Assembly: GCA_965215565.1 (NCBI GenBank)
Contig: CBDCDZ010000004.1
Location: 4,288,001-4,352,000 of the forward strand
Direction: 5' to 3'
Source of the DNA: Trueperaceae bacterium
GTDB taxonomy: Bacteria; Deinococcota; Deinococci; Deinococcales; Trueperaceae
DNA length: 64,000 nucleotides
The notes beneath the pieces are model-generated. The model did not search any database, was not told where the DNA came from, and saw nothing but the letters and a program-made list of their open reading frames with translations. The position numbers and the translations under genes are program-made. Each line of letters begins with the position of its first letter. Position 1 is the stretch's first letter. Positions 29,131-40,105 of this stretch are shown in pieces.

Positions 29131-30438
29131 GTGTCTACGCCTGCGTCTACTCCCCTCGCCGAACGGTTGCGCCCGCGCTCGCTGGATGAGGTGGCTGGAC
29201 AGTCTCACCTCGTCGCAACAGGTAAGCCCTTGCGCGTCGCCCTAGAAAGTGGACGGCTGCGCTCGGTTTTGCTGTGGGGACCGCCCGGCGTGGGCAAAAC
29301 GACGCTGGCGCGGCTCATCGCGGAAACGAGCGGCGCGCATTTCGCCCAACTCTCCGCCGTAACTTCGGGCGTAAAAGAGGTGCGCGCGGTGGCGAAAGAG
29401 GCGCAGACACGCCGTGAAGCGGGCGAGCAAACTGTGCTCTTTTTAGATGAGGTTCACCGTTTCAACAAAGCGCAGCAAGATTTGCTCTTGCCGTTCGTCG
29501 AGGACGGCACCTTGACGCTCATCGGCGCGACGACGGAGAACCCCTCTTTTGAGGTCAACGGGGCGCTCCGCTCGAGGATGCAACTCTTCGTCCTCCACCC
29601 TCTTTCGGAAGAGGACCTGGCGGCGGTCATTCGACGTGCCCTAGCGCATCCCGAAGGTTTTGGGGGCACACTCACGGTGGATGATGACGCCGTCACACTG
29701 CTGAGCACTTGGGCGGATGGCGACGCGCGGCGGGCGCTTTCGGCGCTGGAGGTGGCGGAGGGCTACGCCACTCATGATCACCTCAATGCGGAAGGGGTCA
29801 AGCGTGCTCTGGGCGCAAAGGCGCTCGCCTTTGACAAAGGAGGCGAGCATTTCTACAACCTCATGAGCGCCTTTCACAAGTCGGTGCGCGGCTGTGACCC
29901 CGACGCCGCGCTCTACTGGTTGGCGCGGCTTTTGGGCGGTGGCGCGGACCTTATGTACGTCGCGCGCCGCCTGGTGCGCATGGCGAGCGAGGACATCGGT
30001 CTAGCGGACCCCAACGCCTTGCGTTTGGCAGTTGCCGCGAGAGACGCCGCGCAATTTTTAGGGCAACCCGAAGGGGAACTGGCGTTGGCAGAACTCGCCG
30101 TTTACTTAGCAGTTGCGCCTAAGTCGAACGCGGTCTATACCGCCTGGAAACGCGCCCGCAAGGAGGCGGAGCGCCACGCCTCGGCACCCGTGCCGCTCAA
30201 CTTGCGCAACGCGCCTACTGGGGTGATGAAAGGGCTCGGCTACGGCGCGGGCTACCGCTACTACTTCGACGACAAAGAGGCGAGCTTTTTGCAGCCCTAC
30301 TTGCCCGAAGAGGTGCGAGGGGGCCTCTACCACGCGGACGGGGAGGGGTGGGAGGTCAAGGTGAGAGAGAGGCTCGAGACCTTCAGAAGGTTAAAAGAGG
30401 GCGAAACGCTAGAAAAGGGCAAGGCAGCTAAGCGCTAA
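29131..30438 (+). CDS. rarA: replication-associated recombination protein A
   Basis: [45 protein letters not shown]; leaderless GTG after TACACT. Confidence 0.92.
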   Translation: MSTPASTPLAERLRPRSLDEVAGQSHLVATGKPLRVALESGRLRSVLLWGPPGVGKTTLARLIAETSGAHFAQLSAVTSGVKEVRAVAKEAQTRREAGEQTVLFLDEVHRFNKAQQDLLLPFVEDGTLTLIGATTENPSFEVNGALRSRMQLFVLHPLSEEDLAAVIRRALAHPEGFGGTLTVDDDAVTLLSTWADGDARRALSALEVAEGYATHDHLNAEGVKRALGAKALAFDKGGEHFYNLMSAFHKSVRGCDPDAALYWLARLLGGGADLMYVARRLVRMASEDIGLADPNALRLAVAARDAAQFLGQPEGELALAELAVYLAVAPKSNAVYTAWKRARKEAERHASAPVPLNLRNAPTGVMKGLGYGAGYRYYFDDKEASFLQPYLPEEVRGGLYHADGEGWEVKVRERLETFRRLKEGETLEKGKAAKR

Positions 30439-30452
30439 AGGTGATGTGAACT

Positions 30453-31640
30453 GTGGCTGAATCTAAACGCAAATCCGAAATAACCCTATCCGAAACCTCC
30501 CCCGTCTTAGTCGTCAACGCGGGCAGCTCGTCGCTCAAGGTGAAGCTGTTGCCGCAAGGTCACACCTTTTTAGTCGAGCGCATCGGCAGCGAGGCGTCGG
30601 CGAAAACGAGCTTGGCGGACGAGGTTGACGTTGAAAACATCACGGACGCCGAAAGCGCGTTGAAAGCGTGCTTGGAAGTGCTTCGCCAAGAGGTTGATTT
30701 AGGTGCCATCACCGCCGTAGGACACCGCGTCGTCCACGGCGGCGAGCGCTATACAGAAGCCACCCGTCTAACCGAAGAGGTCATCGCGGACCTGGAGACG
30801 CTCTCGCCCCTCGCGCCGCTTCACAATCCCGCGAACTTAGCAGGCATTCGCGCAGCTATGTCCCTCCTGCCGGGCGCGGTTCACGTCGCCGTCTTCGACA
30901 CCGCCTTTCACAGCACGCTGCCGCCGCACGCCTACCTTTACGGTCTGCCGCGCTCCGCGTACGAGCAGGGCGTGCGGCGCTACGGCTTTCACGGCACTTC
31001 GCACGACTTCGTGACGCGCCGCGCGGCTGAGGTGCTGAGTCAACCGCGCGAAAACCTCAACCTCATCTCGCTCCACCTGGGCAACGGGGCGAGCGCCGCC
31101 GCCGTCAAATATGGCGCGTCGGTAGACACGACGATGGGCATGACGCCACTCGCCGGGCTACTGATGGGCACCCGCTCAGGCGACGTGGACCCCGGCGCGC
31201 TCCTCTACCTCTTGGAGCAGGGCACCTCGGCGGAAGAACTGGATACGCTCCTCAATAAAAAGTCCGGGTTGTTAGGACTCTCGGGCGTCTCGAACGACAT
31301 GCGCGATGTTCACGCCGCAACCAAAGAAGGAAACGCCGAGGCGAAAGAAGCGTTCGACGTCTTTTGCTACCGCATCCGCAAAACCGTCGGTGCGTACGCC
31401 GCCGCGATGGAGGGTTTGGACGCGGTTATCTTCACAGGCGGCATCGGTGAGAACAACGAGGAGGTGCGGGCGCGTTCGGTGGCGGGCTTGGGATTTTTAG
31501 GGCTCGAGCTTGATCCACAAAGAAATGCGAGAAGCGAGGAGACGATTAGCACATCTGATAGCGCCGTCCACCTCTTCGTCATCCCCACCGACGAAGAACG
31601 CATGATCGCCGAAGCCACCCTGAGTATCGCCGCGCCGTAA
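30453..31640 (+). CDS. ackA: acetate kinase
   Basis: NAGSSSLK, GHRVVHGG, APLHNP, FDTAFH, HLGNGAS, FTGGIGEN. Confidence 0.95.
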   Translation: MAESKRKSEITLSETSPVLVVNAGSSSLKVKLLPQGHTFLVERIGSEASAKTSLADEVDVENITDAESALKACLEVLRQEVDLGAITAVGHRVVHGGERYTEATRLTEEVIADLETLSPLAPLHNPANLAGIRAAMSLLPGAVHVAVFDTAFHSTLPPHAYLYGLPRSAYEQGVRRYGFHGTSHDFVTRRAAEVLSQPRENLNLISLHLGNGASAAAVKYGASVDTTMGMTPLAGLLMGTRSGDVDPGALLYLLEQGTSAEELDTLLNKKSGLLGLSGVSNDMRDVHAATKEGNAEAKEAFDVFCYRIRKTVGAYAAAMEGLDAVIFTGGIGENNEEVRARSVAGLGFLGLELDPQRNARSEETISTSDSAVHLFVIPTDEERMIAEATLSIAAP

Positions 31641-31821
31641 CTTCAACTGTAAACAGTCGTCGTTCCGTCAAACGCACGTCTTTACTAAGAAGGTATTGGG
31701 GCGTACTATCAGCTATGTCAAAGTTATCGGCAGTTACACTCTCGAGGTGCGCTCGTACTAAAATGTCGCAACGACCGTTGTCTCCTTCTAACTTCTTGCT
31801 CCTTACGCCTTACTTCCTCCC

Positions 31822-32721
31822 ATGAAAACCCTCGGCTTAGATTTGGGCGGCACCAAAATCGCCGCCGCCATCGTTGAAGACGGCGAGATGCTCAGCCAGC
31901 ACCAGCTAGGGACGCCGCACTCGGGTTACGAAGACGTATTGGGAGCGCTCGAAGAGGCGGCGAAGTTCGTCTTAGCCGACTACCCCGACGTCGAGCACGT
32001 CGGGCTCGGCTCGCCCGGACCTCTTGACCTAGAGGCGGGCAAGGTACTCTTTGCGCCGAATATTCCGGATATGGAGGACGTCAGCATCGCCGAAGACTTA
32101 GGGGAGCGCTTAAAGCGCACTGTCGTTCTGGAGAACGACGCCAACGCCGCAGGCTACGCCGAGCACCTCTTCGGAGCGGCGCGCGACCTGACGAGCAGCA
32201 TCTACGTCACCATCTCGACGGGCGTCGGTGGCGGTCTCTTTTTAGGTGAAGACATCGTCCACGGCGCGGACGGCGTCGCGGGCGAAGTCGGGCATATGAC
32301 CTTGCAACTCGGCGGACCCCTATGCGGCTGCGGTCACTACGGCTGCTGGGAGGCGGTGGGCGCGGGGCGAGCGATTGCGCGCGACGCCTCACACAGCTAC
32401 GGCGAAGATTTGAAGACTCGTGAGGTCTTCGAGCGAGCGAAGAAGGGTGAACGTAAGGCGCTCCAGGCGGTGGACCAAGCGGCGCGTTACACGGGGCTCG
32501 GGCTCGCCAACTTGCTCAAAGCCTTTAACCCCGACGGCTTCGTGATTGGCGGCGGGCTCATCCGCGCGGGCGACTTCTATATGGACAAGGTGCAAGCGGC
32601 GGCGGACGAATTTTGCGCAGGCTATCCGAACGTGGAAATCTACATCGCCGAACTCGGCACGGACGCGGGTGTGATTGGAGCGGCGAGCGTGGCGACGCGG
32701 GGGCTGGATAAGCGCGCTTAA
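31822..32721 (+). CDS. glk: ROK-family glucokinase
   Basis: DLGGTK, ENDANAA, GEVGH, CGCGHYGCWE. Confidence 0.85.
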   Translation: MKTLGLDLGGTKIAAAIVEDGEMLSQHQLGTPHSGYEDVLGALEEAAKFVLADYPDVEHVGLGSPGPLDLEAGKVLFAPNIPDMEDVSIAEDLGERLKRTVVLENDANAAGYAEHLFGAARDLTSSIYVTISTGVGGGLFLGEDIVHGADGVAGEVGHMTLQLGGPLCGCGHYGCWEAVGAGRAIARDASHSYGEDLKTREVFERAKKGERKALQAVDQAARYTGLGLANLLKAFNPDGFVIGGGLIRAGDFYMDKVQAAADEFCAGYPNVEIYIAELGTDAGVIGAASVATRGLDKRA

Positions 32722-32987
32722 CATCGTTGGGTTGAGAGCGGCTGGTATTCGGTAAAGGTTGGAGCGGATAATTTTAGGCTCGAGGTTGCTCAACGTCGGG
32801 GCTCAAGTCTCACCGTACCTCTTCTCTTGTCTTCAAAAAGGTGACGAAACGTCTTGAGGAGACCTACGAACCAAGCCTCTTAACGCCTACGCCCTACCCG
32901 CAATTCTCTTGTAATTGAAAGTCTTGTATAAACCTCTTCGCACGCGCCTAAAGGCGGGTGAAAGGGTTAAGGAAATCCGTAAACTAC

Positions 32988-33098
32988 TAGCAGTTCCAAA
33001 ACATACTGAGACGGATGAGCGCAGGTGTCATCCCAAAATGTGCGTGCTAGGCGATGTTTGTTACAGTGAGAGTGTTTCTGACCAGATGACACCTGCTA
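32988..33098. repeat. ~110-bp dispersed element, copy C
   Basis: TAGCAGTTCCAAAACATACTGAGACGG..GCAGGTGTCATC..AGATGACACCTGCTA. Confidence 0.8.
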
Positions 33099-33150
33099 TT
33101 ATGTACTGAATTTTCACCTCGCGTTCGTCCATTCTGCTAGGCTTTTGAGC

Positions 33151-33687
33151 GTGGAACTATCTCTTCTTCTCAGCGCCTTTTTTATCTTCTTGATGCGCAT
33201 CGCCGACGTCGCGATTGGCACGGTTCGCATCGTCATGCTCGTGCGCGGCAAGCGTCTGCTCGCCGGTATTTTAAGCTTTCTGGAGTCTTTCGTCTGGCTT
33301 TTGGCAGCGGCGCAGGTGCTCACCGACCTGGATGACCCTGTCAAGATGGTGGCGTATGCGGGCGGCTACGCGGCAGGTACCATGCTCGGCGCGTCGGTGG
33401 AGCGTTGGATTGCTATGGGCAAGTGTATGATGCGCATCGTGGTGCCTATCCACTCGCCCGACGTCGCTTACGTGCTCCGCGAAAGAGGGTACTACGCAAC
33501 GGTCCTCAACGCCGAAGGGCGCGACGGCGGCGTGCGCATCGTCTTCAGCGTGATCAAGCGCCGCTATATCAAGGAGCTGCTTGCGCTCGTCCACGAGGCT
33601 AATCCCAAAGCGTTTGTCACGTTTGAAGAGGTCTCGGTGGGTACGGTCAAAGAGACGCAGCTTCGGCGTAAAGCGGTGCGGGTGTAA
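33151..33687 (+). CDS. DUF2179/DUF5698 membrane protein
   Basis: RIADVAIGTVR, FLESFVW, YAGGYAAG, AEGRDG, PKAFV. Confidence 0.85.
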   Translation: MELSLLLSAFFIFLMRIADVAIGTVRIVMLVRGKRLLAGILSFLESFVWLLAAAQVLTDLDDPVKMVAYAGGYAAGTMLGASVERWIAMGKCMMRIVVPIHSPDVAYVLRERGYYATVLNAEGRDGGVRIVFSVIKRRYIKELLALVHEANPKAFVTFEEVSVGTVKETQLRRKAVRV

Positions 33688-33733
33688 AACTCGAGACAAC
33701 ACCCCCTTGAAGGGTTTGTAGTAAAGTGCCCTC

Positions 33734-35122
33734 ATGATCAAAATTGACACAAAAAACGTAACGAGCGAACGTTTAGGGGAAACGCACGGCTTGGACTTGG
33801 AGCGCGAGTTCGGCGCGTGGAGCGAGACGCTGGACGGGTACGTGGATGACCTCTTGGGCAAGAAGGACGACCCGGACGAGATGCTGGGCTGGATCGACCT
33901 GCCGGACGGCGGTCCCGAATCGACCTCCGGGGAAGTCGAACGGATTTTAGAGTACGCTGAGAACGTCGATTCGAAATATACGGACCTGGCGGTGTTGGGG
34001 ATTGGGGGCTCGAGCTTAGGCGGCATCACCGTCATCAACGCGCTCCAGCATCCTTACCGAAACATGCAAGAAAACGGCGACGGGCTGCGCGTTCACTTCG
34101 TGGACAACGTAGACCCGGACGCGGTACACGGGCTTTTAGAGGTCTTGAATCCTGAAACCACTTTAGTCAACGTCATCAGCAAGTCGGGCACGACCGCCGA
34201 GACGATGGCGGCGTATCTGGCATTCAAGGCGTGGCTCAGAGATGGCGTAGGTGACGCCTACAAAGACCAGATTATCGCCACGACGGACCCGGAGACGGGT
34301 ATCTTGCGCCCCCTCGCGGAGCGCGAAGGCTATACAACGTTCGTTGTGCCTCCTTCTGTCGGCGGGCGTTTCAGCGTTCTCTCTGCCGTAGGGCTCTTAC
34401 CGATTGCTTTAGCAGGGCTCGACGTGCGCGGACTCCTACAAGGTGCTGCCGAAGCGAACGAGATGGCCTCGAAGCCGATCTCCGACAATCCCATCAAGCA
34501 AGCCGCCATCATCCAGTATTTGGCGTACCGTCGCGGCAAGCCCATCAGCGTCTTGATGCCCTACAGTTCCCGCTTGCGCTACCTCTCGGACTGGTTCGTG
34601 CAGCTCTGGGCGGAGTCACTGGGTAAGTCCGAAGACCGCAACGGCAGCTTGGTCCATGAGGGCAGCACGCCTTTAGCCGCTCTGGGCGCAACGGATCAGC
34701 ACTCGCAGGTGCAGCTCTTCAACGAGGGACCGAACAACAAGCTCTTCACCTTCGTGCGCATCGAGACCTTCGACCAGACCGAGACCATCCCCGACGCGGA
34801 GCCCGAACTGGACGAGCTAGCCTATCTCGCAGAGAAGACCTTCAACAAACTTATCAACGCGGAACAGGCGGCGACGGCGCACGCGATTTTAGACCACGGA
34901 AAACCTAACTACACGCTCACGCTAGACAAGCTCGACGCGCATCACCTAGGGATGCTCCTGCAGTTTTTGGAGTGGCAAACCGCCTTGATGGGTGAACTGA
35001 CCTTTGTCAATACCTACAACCAACCCGGCGTCGAACTCGGCAAGAAGTACACCTACGCGCTGATGGGGCGCGAGGGGTTCGACGAGACGCGCGAGGAGTT
35101 GAACGAGGCGGGGGTAGAGTAG
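33734..35122 (+). CDS. pgi: glucose-6-phosphate isomerase
   Basis: GIGGSSLG, SKSGTTAET, VGGRFSVLS, QLWAESLGK, DQHSQVQ, QPGVELGK. Confidence 0.95.
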   Translation: MIKIDTKNVTSERLGETHGLDLEREFGAWSETLDGYVDDLLGKKDDPDEMLGWIDLPDGGPESTSGEVERILEYAENVDSKYTDLAVLGIGGSSLGGITVINALQHPYRNMQENGDGLRVHFVDNVDPDAVHGLLEVLNPETTLVNVISKSGTTAETMAAYLAFKAWLRDGVGDAYKDQIIATTDPETGILRPLAEREGYTTFVVPPSVGGRFSVLSAVGLLPIALAGLDVRGLLQGAAEANEMASKPISDNPIKQAAIIQYLAYRRGKPISVLMPYSSRLRYLSDWFVQLWAESLGKSEDRNGSLVHEGSTPLAALGATDQHSQVQLFNEGPNNKLFTFVRIETFDQTETIPDAEPELDELAYLAEKTFNKLINAEQAATAHAILDHGKPNYTLTLDKLDAHHLGMLLQFLEWQTALMGELTFVNTYNQPGVELGKKYTYALMGREGFDETREELNEAGVE

Positions 35123-35152
35123 GCTTTACACTTAATTCGAAGGGAGCTTCGT

Positions 35153-35443
35153 TTGCAGCCTCGAGTCCTCTTTCTGCGCCGCTTCCTCATTCCGCTCGCA
35201 CTAAGCGTCACCCTGCTCTTCGCGGTGCTCTCGCTCGGTGAAGTGCTCTTCTATATCTATGAGCGGCGCAGTGTTCCGCCCTTTCGCCTCCTGCTTGAGG
35301 CGAGCTTCTAGTGCGCGCTCTACGGCTGGCAACTGTCCATCCGTCAGCGGAGGATCAGCCGAGCTTACGGGTGTGGGGTTGTGGCGCTGCTGACTTTGGG
35401 CTACTTCTTCTTATCCTTTGGAACCCAACTCGCTGCGAGGTAG
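35153..35443 (+). pseudogene. small membrane protein interrupted by an in-frame TAG
   Basis: AAGGGAG RBS + TTG; MQPRVLFLRRFLIPLALSVTLLFAVL...EASF*CALYGWQ...VVALLTLGYFFLSFGTQLAAR*; stop at 35309-35311. Confidence 0.5.
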
Positions 35444-35453
35444 ACTCTAAACG

Positions 35454-36077
35454 ATGCCTTTTCCCTTAAACCGTCCCGCCCGCCTCGCCGTCTTCGCCTC
35501 CGGGCGCGGCTCGAACTTGCGTGCGCTCCGCGCCGCGTTTCCGCCCGGACATCCGCTGGCGTCGGTTCACCTCGTCATAAGTAACCACGCGGAGGCGGGC
35601 GCGCTGACCTACGCCCGAGAGAAGGGCGTCCTCGCGCACTTCATCCCGTTCGGCAAAAACCGCGAGGGTTTCGAGCGGGCGGCGGCGCAGCTTCTGGACA
35701 CCGAAGCGGTTGACCTAGTCTGCTTAGCGGGTTTTATGCGCGTGCTCTCGCCCGACTTTGTAGAGCGCTACGCGGGACGCATCTTGAACATCCACCCGTC
35801 GCTCTTGCCGCGTTTCCCTGGGCTTCATCCGCAGCAGAGAGCCCTGGACGCGGGCGTGAGCGAATCGGGTTGTACCGTGCACTTCGTGGACGCAGGCGTG
35901 GACACCGGACCGAGCGTCGTGCAGCGGCGCGTCCCGGTCTACCCGGAGGATGACGTAGACACGCTCTCGGCGCGCATCTTACGCGCCGAGCACGCCGCGT
36001 ACCCCAAGGCGGTGCGGCTCGTTCTGGAGGGAGAGGTTGTGATGGACGCGCCCCAGCGTGAAGAGGTCGAGCGGTGA
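35454..36077 (+). CDS. purN: phosphoribosylglycinamide formyltransferase
   Basis: ASGRGSN, LAGFMR, NIHPSLLP, GCTVHFV..DTGP. Confidence 0.95.
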   Translation: MPFPLNRPARLAVFASGRGSNLRALRAAFPPGHPLASVHLVISNHAEAGALTYAREKGVLAHFIPFGKNREGFERAAAQLLDTEAVDLVCLAGFMRVLSPDFVERYAGRILNIHPSLLPRFPGLHPQQRALDAGVSESGCTVHFVDAGVDTGPSVVQRRVPVYPEDDVDTLSARILRAEHAAYPKAVRLVLEGEVVMDAPQREEVER

Positions 36078-37318
36078 AGGTGCTCGTCGTCGGCGGCGGC
36101 GGCAGGGAGCACGCGGTCGCGTGGGCGCTCGCGCGTTCGCCGCGCGTCACGGACGTCGTCGCCGCACCCGGCAACGCGGGTATCGCTCAGTTCGGGCGCT
36201 GTGTAGAGACTGACTTAACACCTGATAACCTCCTAGCTGTTGCCAAGCGCGAGCGCGTAGACCTCACCTTTGTGGGACCGGAAGCGCCGCTCGTGGACGG
36301 CGTCGTCGACCTCTTCGAGGCGGAAGGGTTGCGGATTTTTGGACCCAACAAGCAGGCGGCGCAGCTCGAGGGCTCCAAACGCTACGCGAAAGATTTCATG
36401 GCGCGTTACGGTATCCCTACGGCGAATTACGCGAGCTTTAGGGAGGTGGACGAGGCGCTCGAGCACCTCCGCGCCGCCGCTTACCCCACCGTCGTTAAAG
36501 ACGCCAATCTCGCGGCGGGTAAGGGCGTCACCATCGCGCAGACCCCCCAGGAGGCGCGGCGGGCAACCGAAGAGGTGCTCACTGCGCCCGGTGGGGGAGA
36601 GGTAGTCACCGAAGACTTTTTGGTTGGACAAGAGGTCAGCTTGCTCCTCTTCACCGACGGCGAGACGGCGAAACCGATGCTGCTCGCCCAGGACTATAAG
36701 CAGGCGCTGGACGGCGATACCGGACCCATGACGGGCGGCATGGGAACGGTTGCGCCCGCACCTCTTCTAAGTGGCGCGCAGATGGAAGAGGTCACAGCGC
36801 AGATTGTCGAGCCCACCCTGCGCGGTCTGCGTGAAGAGGGCGTGATTTACAAGGGTGTCCTTTTCATCGGTTTGATGCTGACGGAGGCAGGCGTCAAAGT
36901 TCTGGAATACAACGTGCGCTTAGGCGATCCTGAAACGCAGGTGGTTTTACCTCTTCTCAAAACGGATTTGGTGGACGTTTTAGAGGCGGTCATTGAAGAG
37001 CGCTTGCACGAGGTGAAGCTCGAGTGGTCCGCCGGGCACGCCGCGTGCGTCGTGATGGCTGCGCCGGGCTATCCGGGCGATTATCCGAAAGGTTTACCTT
37101 TTAATATTCCACCGCTGCCCGAAAACGTTACCGTCTTTCACGCGGGCACCTCTTTGCAAGACGGGCGTTGGGTCAGTTCTGGTGGGCGCGTGCTCGGCGT
37201 GACGGCGCTGGCGGATACGCTGGCGGGCGCGGTCCGCTCGGCATACGGAGCGGTTGAGAAGGTTCACTTTGAGGGTGCGCACTACCGCCGGGACATCGGG
37301 CGGCGCGTGCTTTCTTGA
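36074..37318 (+). CDS. purD: phosphoribosylamine-glycine ligase
   Basis: [46 protein letters not shown]. Confidence 0.95.
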   Translation: MKVLVVGGGGREHAVAWALARSPRVTDVVAAPGNAGIAQFGRCVETDLTPDNLLAVAKRERVDLTFVGPEAPLVDGVVDLFEAEGLRIFGPNKQAAQLEGSKRYAKDFMARYGIPTANYASFREVDEALEHLRAAAYPTVVKDANLAAGKGVTIAQTPQEARRATEEVLTAPGGGEVVTEDFLVGQEVSLLLFTDGETAKPMLLAQDYKQALDGDTGPMTGGMGTVAPAPLLSGAQMEEVTAQIVEPTLRGLREEGVIYKGVLFIGLMLTEAGVKVLEYNVRLGDPETQVVLPLLKTDLVDVLEAVIEERLHEVKLEWSAGHAACVVMAAPGYPGDYPKGLPFNIPPLPENVTVFHAGTSLQDGRWVSSGGRVLGVTALADTLAGAVRSAYGAVEKVHFEGAHYRRDIGRRVLS

Positions 37319-37390
37319 GTAGGGTTCACATTTTTAGCAGGTCTTACAACTCGAGTCCTATCCAAAACCTTGAGACCCTCACGCTATGTA

Positions 37391-37651
37391 TAGCAAGTAT
37401 CATTTGGTTTGAGTGTACGTAAGTTTTTCCCGGTTACACCGTTTTCGCGGATGCGAAAGGGAAACTTCGTAAGCGGAGCAACGCTCTCACAATGTAGAAC
37501 ACCGTTGCCTAACGGCAAACTACGTCATTCGCTTTGCGAAAACTTCGTCCCTACGAGCTTTCAGAAAGCAGCACGCACATTTGAGAATGAAATCCTGCTA
37601 GCCTACGGCTGAGACTTGCGCTATTCCAATCAGTACTTATGTTAATTGCTA
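37391..37651. repeat. dispersed element, copy G (expanded to ~260 bp)
   Basis: TAGCAAGTATCATTTGGTTTGAG..GCACGCACATTTGAGAATGA..TTGCTA with internal hairpin insertions. Confidence 0.7.
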
Positions 37652-37826
37652 TATTGCACTGTCAGCTAAATACTGAACCATAATATCATTCTGAGCGGAG
37701 CGAAGCGGAGTCGAAGAATCTCTGCGTTTGCCTTCTCCTCTAGCAGAGATTGAAAGACGAGACCCTTCGACAAGCTCAGGGTGACATCAGCGAGAAGGTG
37801 TCAATACCTTGTTGACAGTGCAATAT
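37651..37826. mobile_element. MITE-like element with 14-bp terminal inverted repeats
   Basis: ATATTGCACTGTCA ... TGACAGTGCAATAT enclosing the structured TCATTCTGAGCGGAGCGAAG..CTTCGACAAGCTCAGGGTGA motif. Confidence 0.65.
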
Positions 37827-37897
37827 TTGGGTTTGTCGCTTAGACCTCTTAGCCTCCGCAACGCTGCACCTCATTTGTAAGCGTTACACTCTGGGGC

Positions 37898-38806
37898 ATG
37901 TTAGACGACCTTAGCAGACTCACCGCCGCCGACGAGCGCGGCTTCTTGACGCGCTTAGCCGCGCTCCCCGGCTCTTACGACGGACCTGACGGGCTCCGCG
38001 CCGAACCCTACGGGCTCACGGGCTTCGGCGAAGCGAGCGCCCTAAGTGCCGCGCTGCGGAGTTGGGTAGACGCGCCGCTCGTCGTAGCGGGGACGCAATT
38101 CATGCTCGCATCGGGCTTTGATTTCGGCGAACTCGGGGCGCTGAAGATGAGCCTCGAGCTTGCCGACGCCGCCGTCATCACCTTAGGTTATGAGGCTTAC
38201 ACGCCAGACTTTCGCGTCGCGCCGGACGTGCTCAGCCCTTACATTTACGCGAGCTACCTCGCCTACGCCACTGGGCACGGCGAGGCGCTAGCGCAAGCCG
38301 AAGCGGTCATGGCAACCCTGCGTGACCAGCTCCGCCCCGAAGTCGAGACGGAGCGTAACCCCGCCAAGACGCTCGCCTGGGCACTCTGGAACCGCGTGCC
38401 CCTGCTCGTTGCGCCTAAAAGCGACGCAGGTGCACTCAACCTCTTGCAGCGCGTCTTCGCCCGGGTAGGCAAGTCGCTCAGCGTAAGCGCAGGGGAGCAT
38501 CCCCTGGAGTTTTTAGCGGGCGCGTTCGAAGGGCGACACAACCTCGCGGATGACGTCGTCGGCGTTATCGTCGGCGCGGAGGACGAAGAGATACGTTTGG
38601 CGAAAGAGGTGTTGGAAACGCGGGCGGCGCAACTCGAGCACTTGCGTATTCCTTTTGGCGGCGTCGGCGAGCCGCTCGCTGACCCTGGAGCGAGGGCTTT
38701 AGTGCTCTGGTACGCGGGGCTCTGGGTTGCAGCGTACTTAGCGTTTCTCCACGAGCAGAGCCCGGAGGACAGCCAAGTCTACGAGACGCTGCAAACGGTG
38801 CAGTAG
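37898..38806 (+). CDS. bifunctional phosphoglucose/phosphomannose isomerase-like (SIS) protein
   Basis: ERNPAKTLAWAL..PL motif of the PGI/PMI C-terminal domain; leaderless TACACT. Confidence 0.6.
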   Translation: MLDDLSRLTAADERGFLTRLAALPGSYDGPDGLRAEPYGLTGFGEASALSAALRSWVDAPLVVAGTQFMLASGFDFGELGALKMSLELADAAVITLGYEAYTPDFRVAPDVLSPYIYASYLAYATGHGEALAQAEAVMATLRDQLRPEVETERNPAKTLAWALWNRVPLLVAPKSDAGALNLLQRVFARVGKSLSVSAGEHPLEFLAGAFEGRHNLADDVVGVIVGAEDEEIRLAKEVLETRAAQLEHLRIPFGGVGEPLADPGARALVLWYAGLWVAAYLAFLHEQSPEDSQVYETLQTVQ

Positions 38807-38814
38807 CACCAAGC

Positions 38815-38852
38815 GAAGAAGCGCTCAGCGACGGTACGCTGAGCGCTTCTTC
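38815..38852. terminator. hairpin between convergent genes
   Basis: GAAGAAGCGCTCAGCG-acggta-CGCTGAGCGCTTCTTC. Confidence 0.7.
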
Positions 38853-38893
38853 ACAGTAGTTCTGCGTCGTAAATTCTCGGGCGGACGAGTACT

Positions 38894-39997
38894 CTAGTCT
38901 TGCTCGAAGCGGATATTCATCTCGTCTTCCATGCCGAACGCCTGCATCTTCTCCCTATCGGCGAGCAGTTCAATCTGATCGCCTGCTTCGACTCTGGCGT
39001 GCGGGTCCACGCGGGCGACTAAGTTTTGATCGCCGTCTACCGAGGCGATGATCTGCGTCTCTGCGCCTAAGGGCTCGACGACTTCGACCGTCGCTTTAAT
39101 GATGTTGTTTTCTTCAGGAATCTCGGTGAGCCCGCGAACGCCTAAGTCTTCGGGGCGAATGCCGAAGTAAACCTTGTTGCCGTCGTGCTTTTTGATCTTT
39201 CTCAGCAGTTCGTCGTCGGGCTTGACGCTAAAGCTGTTGCTCTGGATCATGCCGTCCTTGACGGAGCCCACCAAGAAGTTCATAGCGGGCGAGCCCATGA
39301 AGCCAGCGACAAATCTGTTAACGGGCTTTTCGTAGAGGTTGATGGGCGTATCGACCTGCTGGATAAAGCCGTCTTTCATCACGACGATGCGCGTACCCAT
39401 CGTCATCGCCTCGACCTGATCGTGCGTGACGTAGATGGTGGTGACGCCCAAGCGCTTATGCAGCTTCGAAATCGAGGCGCGCATCTCGACGCGGAGTTTC
39501 GCGTCCAAGTTGGACAGAGGCTCGTCCATCAAGAAGACCTTGGGCTCGCGCACGATGGCGCGGCCCAAAGCGACGCGCTGGCGCTGCCCGCCGGAGAGTT
39601 CGCGCGGGCGGCGGTCTAAGAGGTGCTCGATCTGCAGGATTTGCGCGGCGTCTTTGACGCGCTTCTCGATCTCATCCTTGGGTGTTTTGCGCAGCCTCAG
39701 ACCGAAGGACATGTTCTGACGCACGTCCATGTGAGGGTAGAGCGCGTAGTTTTGGAAGACCATCGCGATGTCGCGGTCTTTGGGCGGCACGTCGTTGACG
39801 ACTTTGTCACCGATGCGGAGCGTGCCCTCGCTGATCTCTTCTAGCCCCGCGATCATCCGCAGCGTCGTCGTCTTGCCGCAGCCCGACGGACCGACGAAGA
39901 CCATGAACTCCTCGTCTTGGATGTGCAAGTCGAACTCCTGAACTGCCGTCACAGGACCGAACCGCTTGTAGACGTTATCTAGCACTACCTCTGCCAT
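38894..39997 (-). CDS. malK: carbohydrate ABC transporter ATP-binding protein (MalK/UgpC/MsmX)
   Basis: GPSGCGKT, FQNYALYPH, LSGGQRQR, MDEPLSNLDAKLR, C-terminal TOBE. Confidence 0.88.
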   Translation of the reverse strand: MAEVVLDNVYKRFGPVTAVQEFDLHIQDEEFMVFVGPSGCGKTTTLRMIAGLEEISEGTLRIGDKVVNDVPPKDRDIAMVFQNYALYPHMDVRQNMSFGLRLRKTPKDEIEKRVKDAAQILQIEHLLDRRPRELSGGQRQRVALGRAIVREPKVFLMDEPLSNLDAKLRVEMRASISKLHKRLGVTTIYVTHDQVEAMTMGTRIVVMKDGFIQQVDTPINLYEKPVNRFVAGFMGSPAMNFLVGSVKDGMIQSNSFSVKPDDELLRKIKKHDGNKVYFGIRPEDLGVRGLTEIPEENNIIKATVEVVEPLGAETQIIASVDGDQNLVARVDPHARVEAGDQIELLADREKMQAFGMEDEMNIRFEQD

Positions 39998-40105
39998 GTC
40001 AGCCTCCTTTTATCTTTTTATCTTGTGCCTTTCACAGTGCGTGTGATTCACCACTTTAACACAGCCGGGCGCAGAAGAGAAGGGGGCTAGGGGGTTGCAT
40101 CCTCG

